A stretch of 64,000 bases of DNA from Candidatus Bathyarchaeota archaeon (GCA_963832745.1 CAWHVC010000003.1:192001-256000); one strand, 5' to 3'. Positions 1 to 10,300 are shown, numbered from the stretch's first letter. Numbers and translations are program-made. The notes: generated by a model from the sequence alone, not told the origin.

Positions 1-1
1 C

Positions 2-913
2 TGCGTCAGTTTTAACTATCCAACCTTGATCTGGACTGACCAAGCTGCCACTAAGAATGTAACCACCATCAGATGTGACTAAGCCGAATTCTTCATAGGC
101 AGAAGATGCACCGTTTTCTTTGTAATCCTTTGACCATATTATTGTCCCATTGAAGTCAGTCTTTACAATCATGAACTTAGTTCCGCCACCAGAGGCTTGT
201 CGACTAGTAAAGAAAACATAACCATCACTTACTTGTGACATTGAACTCGCAGGGCCTACATTAATGTCCTTGCTAAAGTAGACGTCACCAGTTTCATCGG
301 TTTTTACTAAATAACTCTGGCTAAACCCGTGGTAATCCCAGTAGCGAGTCCATGTGCCGAATAACGTATAGCCACCATCGCTTGTCTGAGAAACTATGTT
401 GAAAACGTTATTTTTAGCATATAAAGAACCAGCATATGTTTGTGTCCAGTTAACTTCTCCAGAGGAATCAAGTTTAATGAGGCAAAACCTACTAAAGGGA
501 TTTTCATAATCCGAAGAGTTAGTTACACCGCCAACTACTACATAACCTCCGTCTCTTGTTTGAGCTATTGTACTTAAGGTTGGGGTTAACCCTAGAATTT
601 GGAAAGATTTCTTCCACTGCACGTTTCCTACACTATCAGTCTTAACTATGATAGGCTGTTCATTCATGAATATAGGTTCATTCAATTCATCTTTTGAGAT
701 AACAGCAGTTGTTCCAAGTGCCAAGTATCCCCCATCTGATGTTTCGATTACACTTTTCCCAGAAAATCCAGGCAAAAACTGCTGCCACACTATCTGAAGG
801 CTACCGCCGTTACCAACTGGTTTTGGAGAAAACACGGAAAAAGCAAGTATTGACACAGTCACTAAAGCTACGAGTAAGATGGATATAGCGATTAATCTGC
901 GTAACCTTTGCAT
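2..913 (-). CDS. Secreted/membrane-anchored beta-propeller repeat protein (partial, runs off left edge)
   Basis: Not in ORF track; hand translation from ATG at 913 gives MQRLRRLIAISILLVALVTVSILAFSVFSP (signal/TM) followed by recurring 'ETSDGGY..G' / 'KTD..G...W' blade motifs. Confidence 0.8.
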   Translation of the reverse strand, partial: MQRLRRLIAISILLVALVTVSILAFSVFSPKPVGNGGSLQIVWQQFLPGFSGKSVIETSDGGYLALGTTAVISKDELNEPIFMNEQPIIVKTDSVGNVQWKKSFQILGLTPTLSTIAQTRDGGYVVVGGVTNSSDYENPFSRFCLIKLDSSGEVNWTQTYAGSLYAKNNVFNIVSQTSDGGYTLFGTWTRYWDYHGFSQSYLVKTDETGDVYFSKDINVGPASSMSQVSDGYVFFTSRQASGGGTKFMIVKTDFNGTIIWSKDYKENGASSAYEEFGLVTSDGGYILSGSLVSPDQGWIVKTDA

Positions 914-1191
914 AATGAAAAGTGCATTGCCTCCACCCTAAAAGCATTAGGGATATCTTGACAAAGATAACAAAATTGTTGGACCCAGCAAGTTATTTAC
1001 ATTCTGAACTGCAGAACCTCAAATTACTGAGCAGCCCAGGGTTGTAAGAAACTCAGCGGCAACAACAACCAAAGAAAAACCGTGGTCAAGCGTTTACTTG
1101 TTAAGCAAATAGCAGAAAGGGCTGTGTTGATAACAAAACTTAATTATTAACTGCTTAAATATTCACAAAGCAACTAACGGGTGTTAGATTC

Positions 1192-1845
1192 ATGAACGCT
1201 ATTATCTTTGGAGCACCAGGCGCAGGTAAGGGCACTTACTCTACAAGGCTTAAAGCCAAGCTTGGTGTCGAAGTTATTGCCATGGGAGACATCTTCCGTG
1301 AGCAGGTAAAAGAAAACTCTGAGTTAGGCAAAAAAGTAAAGAGTTTCGTAGAAAAAGGCGCGCTTGTTTCTGACGAAATTGTTATTGAAGTACTAAAGGC
1401 ACATTTATCCAAAATCCCCCGAGGCACAAGCATTATTCTTGATGGTTTTCCAAGAACGCTTGAGCAAGCAAAAGCTCTTGAAGCAATTTTTAAACTTGAC
1501 GTTATCTTGCTGCTTGATGTGCCTGACTGGATAATAATTGAACGGCTTTCTTCACGTAGAGTCTGCAAGAACTGTGGCACCGTCTATAACATTAGGTTCC
1601 TTAAACCTAAAGTTGAAGGTGTCTGTGATAAATGCGGTGGAGAACTCTACCAACGCGCAGACGACAACCCTGAAGTCATAAAGAACAGACTAAAAATTTA
1701 TCAAGACCAAACCAGTCCGTTGCTTGTCTACTATAAAGAAAAGAAAGTGCCGATCATCATTTCAAAGACAACTGCTGTTGACACGCCGCCAGAGCCACTT
1801 GTCGAGCAGATGCTTGAAGAATTAAGAAAGCTGAAATTAGCTTAA
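1192..1845 (+). CDS. adk: Adenylate kinase (bacterial-type, Zn-binding LID)
   Basis: GAPGAGKGT P-loop, LDGFPRT, CKNC...CDKC LID, QRADD. Confidence 0.95.
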   Translation: MNAIIFGAPGAGKGTYSTRLKAKLGVEVIAMGDIFREQVKENSELGKKVKSFVEKGALVSDEIVIEVLKAHLSKIPRGTSIILDGFPRTLEQAKALEAIFKLDVILLLDVPDWIIIERLSSRRVCKNCGTVYNIRFLKPKVEGVCDKCGGELYQRADDNPEVIKNRLKIYQDQTSPLLVYYKEKKVPIIISKTTAVDTPPEPLVEQMLEELRKLKLA

Positions 1846-2288
1846 ATATCCAAAATAAACTCTAAAACAACCTTTTCTTTTTCGTGAATAACAACCATCA
1901 AATGGTAGGTTACTGCTTTAACAGCTACTTTTTGAAGATGCTTTTTTGGGTTAAACTTTTCGCCCCAAACTTGAGCGGTTATTTTGAATGAATCAGGTGT
2001 TTCCGTCCAATCGGTAATCTGGAATTTTGAGTAAAGCATACCTTTGGTTTCAGAGGACACTAGCAAAGCCTCAAGCCAATTATAAAGTAGCGCATACTGG
2101 TCTTCTGCTTCCACGGTAAAGGTTTCTTCTACCTTTTGGGCAACCTTACCGGTTTTAGTTATGGTTTCAAACAGGGCTAACGCAGCGTTCTCGTATGCTT
2201 CCTGCATTGTTAAACCAAAAGCTCTAACGTAAACGTCTGCCGTGTGCTCTAAAAATTCAAATTTTCCTTCAAACTGTTTTGCGCTCAT
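1842..2288 (-). CDS. Archease
   Basis: FEFLEHTADV N-terminus, VKAVTYH, C-terminal LDI; ATG at 2288 preferred. Confidence 0.93.
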   Translation of the reverse strand: MSAKQFEGKFEFLEHTADVYVRAFGLTMQEAYENAALALFETITKTGKVAQKVEETFTVEAEDQYALLYNWLEALLVSSETKGMLYSKFQITDWTETPDSFKITAQVWGEKFNPKKHLQKVAVKAVTYHLMVVIHEKEKVVLEFILDI

Positions 2289-2366
2289 TCCAAAATTCAC
2301 ACGCCTACCTATTGAGGTGCCACTTCTAAAAACGCTTTCCCCAAAACAAAAAAAGAAAAAACGGGT

Positions 2367-2819
2367 TTACATCTTTTCAAGGGCAAGAAAATCTTTTACA
2401 GCTGATTTGATAAGTTTTGTGCAGACCTTTTCAAACACTTGGTCCTGTTTTGCTTTGGCAAAACCTTCAGGAGTTGACAAGTCACGCTCAATAAGTGCAC
2501 TGCACATGACGCTACCATGCTGCTTCTCAAACTGTTTAAGGAGGACACATGTTTTGTCGTAGCAGTCTACCTTCTTTTTAAGGTCAACTTCGTTTGCACC
2601 GTATTTTAAGCCGACAGCCATTATTGCACCTGTTAAAGCGCCGCAGACGTTTCCGCATCGTCCCATGCCGCCGCCAAAGCCGGTGGCGATTTTCGGGATA
2701 GCCAGGTTTTTCTCATGAGGATTGATGTACTCGTAAAGTGTCAGCAAGACTGCTTGGGCGCAGTTGTAGCCATCAAGATGACGTTTTGCGGCTTTTTCAC
2801 CAAGAGCTTCAGCAGACAT
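2367..2819 (-). CDS. C_GCAxxG_C_C family putative redox-active protein
   Basis: YNCAQAV, GFGGGMG, VCGALTG, GSVMC and terminal C. Confidence 0.9.
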   Translation of the reverse strand: MSAEALGEKAAKRHLDGYNCAQAVLLTLYEYINPHEKNLAIPKIATGFGGGMGRCGNVCGALTGAIMAVGLKYGANEVDLKKKVDCYDKTCVLLKQFEKQHGSVMCSALIERDLSTPEGFAKAKQDQVFEKVCTKLIKSAVKDFLALEKM

Positions 2820-2829
2820 TTAGATGCCT

Positions 2830-3876
2830 TCAGAAATGTTTTGAGATTTTTTTGATTGCTGCGGCGGCGAGTTTTGCAGAGTTTTCGATATCTTTTAGGT
2901 TTAGCACTGCAGCGGCGCTGTGGATGTAACGTGTCGGGATTGAGATGGTTCCGCTTGGAATGCCTTGACGTGTCAGGGAGATTCTTGCTGCGTCTGTGCT
3001 GCCCATTAAGCCGGATTCAAGTTGGACAGCAATTTTTTCTTCCTCCGCCGTATCCAGCAGCCACCGAAACACTTTGGGGTGAGTGATTAATCCTGAATCG
3101 TACACGGTTAACGCAGGGCCTTTGCCTGTTTTTACGCTTGTATCATACTCGCGAACGCCTGGAACATCACCTGCAACGGTTACGTCTAACGCTAAGGCAA
3201 CATCTGGGTCAACCCCGAAAGCCGCTGTACCTGCGCCACGCAAACCGACCTCTTCTTGAACAGTGCCGACGGCGCATACGGTGCAGTCTGTTTCTCCTAA
3301 AAGCTTGAGTGTTTCAACCATTGCGAGGCATCCAGCTCGGTTGTCAAAAGCTTTGCCCATAACCAAGTCCTTGTTTAAAGCCACATATTTTACGTCAAAA
3401 GCCACTGGGTCACCGACGGATATGCCCATTTTTGCCGCTGCTTCACGGTTTTCAGCACCAACATCAATGAAAAGGTCGTCGAATGCTAAGACTTTTCTGC
3501 GTTCTTCCTCTTTTTGGATGTGAGGCGGTTTTGACCCAACTATACCAGGGTAGATGTCGCCTTTTTTGGTGTAGACGGCTACTCTTTGGGCGGGCAGGAT
3601 GCGATCGTCTATGCCGCCGATTTTGGAAAACTGTAGAAAACCTTCTTTGGTTATGGTTTTTACCATTAAGCCGACTTCGTCCATGTGGGCTGCAAGCATA
3701 ATTTTTGGTGAACCCTTTTTGCCCTTCTTTACGGCGATGACGTTTTCTAGCCTGTCAACGGTTATTTCGTCGACGTATGGTTTCATTAGGGTAATCATGA
3801 GTTCTCGAACGTTGATTTCGTTGCCTGTTACTCCGCAGGCGTTTGATAGTTTCTCTAAATTCTCGTTTAAAGACAA
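2830..3876 (-). CDS. M42 family metallo-aminopeptidase (TET-like)
   Basis: AAHMDEVG, GKAFDNR, QEEVGLRGA, TRYIHS. Confidence 0.95.
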   Translation of the reverse strand: MSLNENLEKLSNACGVTGNEINVRELMITLMKPYVDEITVDRLENVIAVKKGKKGSPKIMLAAHMDEVGLMVKTITKEGFLQFSKIGGIDDRILPAQRVAVYTKKGDIYPGIVGSKPPHIQKEEERRKVLAFDDLFIDVGAENREAAAKMGISVGDPVAFDVKYVALNKDLVMGKAFDNRAGCLAMVETLKLLGETDCTVCAVGTVQEEVGLRGAGTAAFGVDPDVALALDVTVAGDVPGVREYDTSVKTGKGPALTVYDSGLITHPKVFRWLLDTAEEEKIAVQLESGLMGSTDAARISLTRQGIPSGTISIPTRYIHSAAAVLNLKDIENSAKLAAAAIKKISKHF

Positions 3877-3989
3877 GTAACTGCGCCTTCTTAGCTTATT
3901 GTATAGCTTAACTTCTAAAAGATGAGTCTTTAAAGAATTATGGTGCAGGAAAAATGGAAAAATAATGGTTTCTGTTTTAGGGGTAGGTT

Positions 3990-4217
3990 TTAGGTTGAGT
4001 ATCTTGGGGGTGAATGGTAGCTTCGGCGGTTGTTGTTACTGTAATATTCAACCAGCAATACAATGCCTTGTATAAGCAAAAACAAACCAATTATGTAGCC
4101 TACAAGTTCAGGCACAATGAACAATACAACCCCAAAGATTATGCATATCACAGCTAAAACAGGTTTAGATACGCTAATTCCAAATCTCTTTAAGCCCTTA
4201 TCAATTACATCGGTCAA
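3990..4217 (-). CDS. Small membrane protein, DUF3096-like
   Basis: Two hydrophobic segments with 'VPELVGYIIGLFLLIQGI'; TTG at 4217 follows GAGGAGG. Confidence 0.6.
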   Translation of the reverse strand: MTDVIDKGLKRFGISVSKPVLAVICIIFGVVLFIVPELVGYIIGLFLLIQGIVLLVEYYSNNNRRSYHSPPRYST

Positions 4218-4281
4218 AAGTTTTAAGCCTCCTCTACACGACAAGTAAAAGGCAGATAAAAAATTATTGGAAAATCGTCTT

Positions 4282-4752
4282 TTAAACCTGCACTGTTGAC
4301 TGCAACCGTTTAGGGTTAAGCAGAAGATCAAACCCGTCTAAAATGTTGTTAACACAAATGTCTGCAGAGGTTAACGCGGATACTGAGCATCCTTCATTGC
4401 CAACCACTGCAATCCCCAACCGTGCGGCTTTGAGCATCTTTGCGTCGTTTACACCGTTACCGAACGCAACCACTTTTTCAACGCCTAACTGTTTCACAAA
4501 ATCTTCTTTTTGCTGGTCTAGTTTGGGCCCTGCTACTTTTTGGATTCTGCAAGGCACATTGATTAGATGGGTTTTTGCTGTACCGAAAGTGTCGGCGGTT
4601 AAAATTATGATTTTTAAAAATTTGCTTGCAGCTTCCAGTTTATCTTTAACGCCGGAAAGGAGTTTACCGTCGAGGGTGAGGGTGCCGGTATAATCTGTAA
4701 CTAAATATTCCAGTGTAACTTTGCCAAATCCGGGAATGTCTAATTCAAACAT
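4282..4752 (-). CDS. HAD-superfamily hydrolase (soluble P-type ATPase-like)
   Basis: DYTGTL, LTADTFG, FGNGVND motifs. Confidence 0.88.
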   Translation of the reverse strand: MFELDIPGFGKVTLEYLVTDYTGTLTLDGKLLSGVKDKLEAASKFLKIIILTADTFGTAKTHLINVPCRIQKVAGPKLDQQKEDFVKQLGVEKVVAFGNGVNDAKMLKAARLGIAVVGNEGCSVSALTSADICVNNILDGFDLLLNPKRLQSTVQV

Positions 4753-4883
4753 GCGTAAACCTCTGCAACCATAGCTTCAGTACTGCTTTTTTGGTTTATG
4801 TTGCCATTAGGCTTTTTGGGTCATCTAAAGATAGACAATTCTTAAATTGTTAAACTGTATTCCAAACTGGTTAGGTGCAAAAA

Positions 4884-5816
4884 ATGGCGCAACCAAGTTT
4901 CAAAACAGTTTTCGTTTTTCTTGACACTGATAAATATTGCAGTCCATTCGACATGCTAGTCGCAATCGATTGCTTCCCAGACTCAATGATATTTAAATAC
5001 GAAAATGTAACAAGCGAAGATGCTCCAAAGATTGTCTTTGACCTGCTCTTCCCACGTGGCCCAGCAGGCGCGGCACATACTAAAATCTTCATCAATGGTA
5101 GCAACTTTGAAGAAGTAGAAAAAGTCGTCGCAGCCACCCAGAAAGCCATGAAATCCGCTCCATGGGGAAACAGCATCATCGTTGACCCAAGAGGAGGATA
5201 CAGCACAGCCGCAGCAGCAGTAGCAAAAACGTTTGGTGCATCAATGGAAAAAGGCTTAGGCAGTCTTGAAGGCAAAAAAGTTACTGTCCTCGCAGGCACT
5301 GGTCCAGTCGGTCAAACAGCCGCACGCATTTACGCTGCAGAAAAAGCAGACGTAACAATTACCAGCCGCAGTTTAGCCAAAGGGCAAATTGTTGCCGACA
5401 AAATTAACGCTGAAGTTGGCGCAGAAAGAGTTAAAGTTGTTGAGGTCAGCAAGCCTGAACAGACAGCCGCAGCAGTCAAGGATGCAGAAATCATTCTTTC
5501 AGCAGGCGCAGGCGGAATCCAACTCTTATCTAAATCAGATATTGATATTGCAACAAAATGCAAAATCATTGGAGACATCAACGCAATTAAGCCACTTGGT
5601 GTTGAAGGTTTAGGTCCTAACGATGATGGTATCGAACTTAAAGCGGGCGTTTTCGGCATTGGCGCTTTAGCTATTGGCAAACTGAAAATCAAGACTGAAA
5701 CAGAAATGATTAAACGCGCAACCGCTGAGGCAGCAGGGCTTTTCGATTACGCAATTGCTTACACTATCGCTAAAGACGCAATTCTAAAGAAGCTTGCAAA
5801 GGCAGCTGCAAAATAA
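4884..5816 (+). CDS. NAD(P)-dependent methylene-H4MPT/H4F dehydrogenase, MtdA/MtdB family
   Basis: SPFD..VA.D N-terminal motif, DPRGGYSTAAAAV, AGTGPVG Rossmann, DINAIKPLGVEG, GALAIGKLK. Confidence 0.85.
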   Translation: MAQPSFKTVFVFLDTDKYCSPFDMLVAIDCFPDSMIFKYENVTSEDAPKIVFDLLFPRGPAGAAHTKIFINGSNFEEVEKVVAATQKAMKSAPWGNSIIVDPRGGYSTAAAAVAKTFGASMEKGLGSLEGKKVTVLAGTGPVGQTAARIYAAEKADVTITSRSLAKGQIVADKINAEVGAERVKVVEVSKPEQTAAAVKDAEIILSAGAGGIQLLSKSDIDIATKCKIIGDINAIKPLGVEGLGPNDDGIELKAGVFGIGALAIGKLKIKTETEMIKRATAEAAGLFDYAIAYTIAKDAILKKLAKAAAK

Positions 5817-5932
5817 GCAGCTTTTCAACATTTTTTCCTTTGTTAATGATTAAATTTATTTATGTTAAGTTACTTAATGGCGCTCATAATCCTTGGAATT
5901 TAAAAGGCACTAATAGAAGGATTTTGAGCTAA

Positions 5933-7051
5933 ATGAGTCTAGACGCAACAGCCACAACAAGTATACCATCTAATTCTACAGGTTTTCTAAGTGATACAAT
6001 TCAGCATACGCTAAATATTAGCCCTACAAACGCTGAACTTTTAGTTTCGTTAATAATATTAGGGATTGTTGGTCTTGTCGGTTGGACCGCCTACTTTATC
6101 ATCAGCAGATACGTCACTAACTTGACTAAAAAAACAGCCACCACTTTAGACGATAACATAGTGGCTTCGGTTAAAGTAATCATTATCATAATGATTATTG
6201 TTTTAGGCATCGAGTACTCATTATCGCCGCTTACATTCCTTCAACCATACAGTGGCACATTGAATAGCGTATTTTTGATTACACAAATCCTGCTTTCAGC
6301 ATACGCGGTTTCAAGAATCGCAAACGTTGTTACTGACTGGTTTGCAAGCAGAACAACAGTGCTATCGACTGGAAAAAGCAGTAACCACTTAATTTTCATT
6401 TTAAAGAAAGTCATTACGATAGTCATTTTCATTATTGCCGCAGTAATAATTTATAACTCTCTTGAACTTCAAGGAGCCTTAGAAACCACGCTTGTCGGCT
6501 TCGGAGTCGGTGGCATCGCTGTTGCTTTTGCACTTCAAAGCACTTTAAGCGACGTCTTCAGCGCATTCTCGCTTTACTTTGACCATCCCTTTGAAATCGG
6601 AGACTTTATCGTAGTAGGCGACTACAGCGGCACTGTCAAAAGCATCGGCATGAGGGCTACCAGAATCCAGTTGTTGCAGGGAGAGGAACTTGTGATTTCA
6701 AACAAGGAACTAACTTCAACAAGCATCCGTAACTTCAGGAAACTGGAAACAAGAAGGATAACCTTCACCATGGGCGTAACCTATGATACACCTTCTGAAA
6801 AACTAAAGAAAATTCCCACAATCATAGGTGACATCATAAAAAGCACTGAGAACGCAAAACTTGACCAAGTGCGCTTTACAGAATACGGCGATTTCAGCCT
6901 AAAATTCCTTATAATCTACTACGTCCAGTCAGCGGACTGGGGGGTTTACCTTATTGCGCAAGAAAAGATTAATTTCGCTATAAAAGAAGCATTCGAAAAG
7001 GAAGGTATAGAGATAGCGTTCCCAACAAGCGTAACCTACCTCAAAAAGTAG
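5933..7051 (+). CDS. mscS: Small-conductance mechanosensitive channel
   Basis: G.GGIAVAFALQ, PFEIGDFI, GIEIAFPT. Confidence 0.93.
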   Translation: MSLDATATTSIPSNSTGFLSDTIQHTLNISPTNAELLVSLIILGIVGLVGWTAYFIISRYVTNLTKKTATTLDDNIVASVKVIIIIMIIVLGIEYSLSPLTFLQPYSGTLNSVFLITQILLSAYAVSRIANVVTDWFASRTTVLSTGKSSNHLIFILKKVITIVIFIIAAVIIYNSLELQGALETTLVGFGVGGIAVAFALQSTLSDVFSAFSLYFDHPFEIGDFIVVGDYSGTVKSIGMRATRIQLLQGEELVISNKELTSTSIRNFRKLETRRITFTMGVTYDTPSEKLKKIPTIIGDIIKSTENAKLDQVRFTEYGDFSLKFLIIYYVQSADWGVYLIAQEKINFAIKEAFEKEGIEIAFPTSVTYLKK

Positions 7052-7097
7052 GTCCTTCACTTTTTAGTTTTTATTTTAAAACAAGAAAAAGGAAAGT

Positions 7098-7622
7098 TTA
7101 GTTTTCCTTTAGGGTAATATGGAAAGTTGTTGGTCCACCTGGCGGGAATAAGAGGAATACTGTGTAGCTTTTTTGGGTCGAGTCTCCGAACGTTTCAGTG
7201 TATGGCGAACCAGTCATCAATGTAAAGTCGGCACTTTTTATGTCACTTAAAATTGGGTACACGTCACCTGCTTTGCATGCGTTGTTTTGACCTTCATTCC
7301 AATAGCCATTGTAAATATAGATTTCAGTGTACGCACTTGCACCAGGCATTTTGGTAGCATTAATTGTTAACTGCATTTGCTGATTAGCAGCGACAGTAAA
7401 AGGCACATACACCATTGGCACAGATTCGTTAAGGAAACGCAGACAATTGCTTGAACCATTGACGGTTAAATCAAGGTCTCCTGTAGGTGACTGAGGCGTT
7501 CCAGCGGGGGCTAAATAGCAATAAGCCGCTGCGCCAGCCACGGCACAAATAACGATTATTACAGTTGTTATGGCAATTAATTTCCTGTTCATGCTCAATA
7601 TCATCCAGATCTTTTTGCGCAA
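7098..7622 (-). CDS. Hypothetical membrane-anchored/secreted protein
   Basis: N-terminal hydrophobic helix, then a beta-rich soluble domain; true start may be an internal ATG (MNRKL). Confidence 0.7.
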   Translation of the reverse strand: MRKKIWMILSMNRKLIAITTVIIVICAVAGAAAYCYLAPAGTPQSPTGDLDLTVNGSSNCLRFLNESVPMVYVPFTVAANQQMQLTINATKMPGASAYTEIYIYNGYWNEGQNNACKAGDVYPILSDIKSADFTLMTGSPYTETFGDSTQKSYTVFLLFPPGGPTTFHITLKEN

Positions 7623-7717
7623 CCATTTGCCCCAAGCGCTATAAAATATTATCGCAAAAACGGCTATAAAGCACAGTTTAACACAAACGAGCAGTATATT
7701 GATTCACCTATGGCAAC

Positions 7718-7780
7718 ACCGTCATATTAGGAGGCCTAATAACGGTTATATGCAGAAACCTATAGGGCAGGTCAAAAACA
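7718..7780 (+). repeat. Dispersed intergenic repeat, copy A (partial)
   Basis: tatgcagaaacctatag at 7749-7765 is identical to 8160-8176; hairpin at 7718-7746. Confidence 0.75.
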
Positions 7781-7857
7781 GTTTTTTCAACACTTAGGCG
7801 TATTTTAGAAAAATATTAATCATAAAAAAGACTAAACAGTTAAGCAGGAGAAAAATT

Positions 7858-8115
7858 TTGCCAGAGAAACAAGAGAAGAAATCAAAACTGTTTTCAATCA
7901 AGTACTGCCCCAAATGCGGTTCAGACGAGGTTTATTGGGCTCAAGGCATGCCTCAACTTTGGTCAATTTGGGACTGCCACAACTGCGGCTACCGAGGACC
8001 AGTCATACTTGAAGACGGCAACATGGCAAAAAAACTGCGGACAGACTGGAAAACAAAACAGCAGAGCACCCCAGAAGTCCCAGAAAAGGACACAGACAAC
8101 GAAGAAAACGTTTAG
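7858..8115 (+). CDS. Small Zn-ribbon protein
   Basis: CPKC...CHNCGY; AGGAG upstream of TTG. Confidence 0.8.
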   Translation: MPEKQEKKSKLFSIKYCPKCGSDEVYWAQGMPQLWSIWDCHNCGYRGPVILEDGNMAKKLRTDWKTKQQSTPEVPEKDTDNEENV

Positions 8116-8122
8116 TCAAAAA

Positions 8123-8285
8123 CCCTTCACCAACTATTAGGATCTCCCAATAGAAAGTGTATGCAGAAACCTATAGAGGGTAGGGTAAAACAAGCCTAAA
8201 CAGTTCTGAAAACAACAAATCACTAAGGGGGTAGGTCCTATTGGTTGAAAAACAAGCCATTAGTATGTTAAAAAATGGTAGAAAA
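8123..8285 (+). repeat. Dispersed intergenic repeat, copy B (longest, with internal partial duplication)
   Basis: gggggtaggtcctattggttgaaaa (8227-8251) is identical to 52501-52525; aaaacaagccattagtatgtt is shared with about 34795-34815. Confidence 0.85.
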
Positions 8286-8290
8286 GGGGT

Positions 8291-9451
8291 TTAGAAGGCA
8301 CTTGCGATGCGTTCGCAGGCTTCTTTGATGCGTTCTTTTGGCTGCGTAAAAGTCATGCGTATGTAGCCTTCACCGTACTTGCCAAAGCCTATACCCGGAG
8401 TCACAGCGACACCAACATCAAGCAGTTTAGCCGCAAACTTCATTGAATCGCCCTTACAGTTTACCCACACATAAAACGTTGCTTTGGGTGCTTTACAGGG
8501 GTAACCAATCTTTGCCAACGTGTTAACAAGCAGGTCGCGACGTTCTGCCATGATTTGGTTGTTTTTGCGCAGGAATTCTGGTTGGTCACTGTTCTTGTAA
8601 ACGCCAAGTGCCGCAGCTGCGACTTTTTGTGTATAGACTGGTGGGCCAGAGTCGATTTGGGACTTGATTTTTGTTAAGCCTGCTACGAGCTGCTTGTTAC
8701 CGACTGCGAATGCGATGCGGTCGCCTGTCATGTTAAAAGTTTTGCTGAGTGAATGGAATTCGATTGCGACTTCTTCCGCGCCGGGGATTTCAAGGATGCT
8801 TGGTGCACGGTAGCCGTCGTATGTGATTTCTGAGTAAGCGTTGTCGTAGCAGAGGATGATGTTGTTCTCTTTGGCGTATTCCACGGCTTCTTTGAGGAAT
8901 GCTTTGTCAACTGTGGCAGCCGTAGGGTTGTTTGGGTAGTTTAGGAACATCATGCGTGCGTTTTGAGGGTCAATGGCGTTTAGGTCAGGCTGGAAATTGT
9001 CATCTTCAAGCATCGGCATCGGCACAGCAACACCGTCGCAGAGGATTGTGCTTCCATTAGCGTACACGGGGTAAGCTGGGTCAGGAACAAGCACTTTGTC
9101 ACCAGGGTTTACGAAGGCGCGTGCAATATTTGCGATACCCTCCTTAGAACCCAACAAAGCGACAACTTGGTCGTGAGCAACATCGGCGCCGAAACGGTTC
9201 TTGTACCAACAGGAGACCGCCTCTCGGAAGTCGGGTTCACCCTGACTAAAAGAGTAATTATGATTCTTCAAGTTAGAAGCCTCTTTAATCAACGCTTCAA
9301 CCACGAAATCGGGTGGTGGCAAGTCAGGGTCACCAATGCTTAGAGAGATTAAGTCGACACCTTGGGCTTTCTTCTCTTTTTGAATTTTTTCTATTTCAGC
9401 AAACAGGTACGGCGGTAACCGTCTAACTCGTTCAGCATATTCAAAATTCAT
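8291..9451 (-). CDS. dapL: LL-diaminopimelate aminotransferase
   Basis: Class I PLP aminotransferase (LPPYLFAEI, NYPNNPT, SLSKTFNMTG.R) at the end of the dap operon. Confidence 0.9.
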   Translation of the reverse strand: MNFEYAERVRRLPPYLFAEIEKIQKEKKAQGVDLISLSIGDPDLPPPDFVVEALIKEASNLKNHNYSFSQGEPDFREAVSCWYKNRFGADVAHDQVVALLGSKEGIANIARAFVNPGDKVLVPDPAYPVYANGSTILCDGVAVPMPMLEDDNFQPDLNAIDPQNARMMFLNYPNNPTAATVDKAFLKEAVEYAKENNIILCYDNAYSEITYDGYRAPSILEIPGAEEVAIEFHSLSKTFNMTGDRIAFAVGNKQLVAGLTKIKSQIDSGPPVYTQKVAAAALGVYKNSDQPEFLRKNNQIMAERRDLLVNTLAKIGYPCKAPKATFYVWVNCKGDSMKFAAKLLDVGVAVTPGIGFGKYGEGYIRMTFTQPKERIKEACERIASAF

Positions 9452-9454
9452 TTT

Positions 9455-10300
9455 TTAGTAATCTCCAAATAATGTGCCCTGGTAAACTTTTTCGGCAGCT
9501 CCGCTTAGAAACAAGCTACTTTTGCCAACCTCAACCTGCAAGTCTCCACCAAGTACGTGAACAGTAACTTTGTTACCTACTTTGCCAAGTTTGTTTGCGG
9601 CAGCCACAGCAGCACAGGTTCCAGTGCCACATGCAAGGGTTTCACCACAGCCACGTTCCCAAACACGCACTTTAAGCTCATTTTTGCCTATAACTTGGAC
9701 AAAGCCAACGTTAGTACGGTTAGGGAAAGCTTCATGATTCTCAACCATTGGACCGACATACTCTACAGGGGTTTCGTCAACGTTTTCAACAAAAATTATG
9801 CAGTGCGGGTTACCCATGGATAAGCAGGTTACGTTGTAGGATTCTTCGTCAACTGTTAAGTTACAGTTTATACAGGTGCCTTCGCCAGCCATCGGCAAGG
9901 ATTTACGTTCCCAATTAGGCACACCCATATCTACCTTAACCGTTGCAACCTCGTCACCTTGAAGGTTTAACCAAATGCTCTTAATGCCACCAAGGGTTTC
10001 AACTTGAAACTCAGACTTTTTGACAACACCATTCTCGTAACAGTACTTGCTAAAGCAACGGATGCCATTACCGCACATTTCCGCCTCACTACCGTCAGAG
10101 TTGAAAATCCGCATTTTCACTTCAGCCACCTTTGAGTTGCAAACAAGCAGCAACCCGTCGGCGCCAACTGAAAAACGGCGTTGACAAAGCTTCTTGGCTA
10201 AGTCTGCGGCTTTTTGGTCACCTATCTTTTCATCTCGGTTATCAATTACTACGTAGTCGTTTCCTAACCCATGCATTTTCCAAAACTGCATATTACTCAC
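9455..10300 (-). CDS. dapF: Diaminopimelate epimerase
   Basis: KMHGLGND, EMCGNGIRC, ERGCGETLACGTG. Confidence 0.97.
   Translation of the reverse strand: MSNMQFWKMHGLGNDYVVIDNRDEKIGDQKAADLAKKLCQRRFSVGADGLLLVCNSKVAEVKMRIFNSDGSEAEMCGNGIRCFSKYCYENGVVKKSEFQVETLGGIKSIWLNLQGDEVATVKVDMGVPNWERKSLPMAGEGTCINCNLTVDEESYNVTCLSMGNPHCIIFVENVDETPVEYVGPMVENHEAFPNRTNVGFVQVIGKNELKVRVWERGCGETLACGTGTCAAVAAANKLGKVGNKVTVHVLGGDLQVEVGKSSLFLSGAAEKVYQGTLFGDY

Noticed and set aside
1005-1050. Possible seventh repeat fragment (gcagaacctc...gagcagcccagggt, similar to 34834-34848)
   Set aside because: Too short and lacks the GGGGTAGG core; cannot be separated from chance
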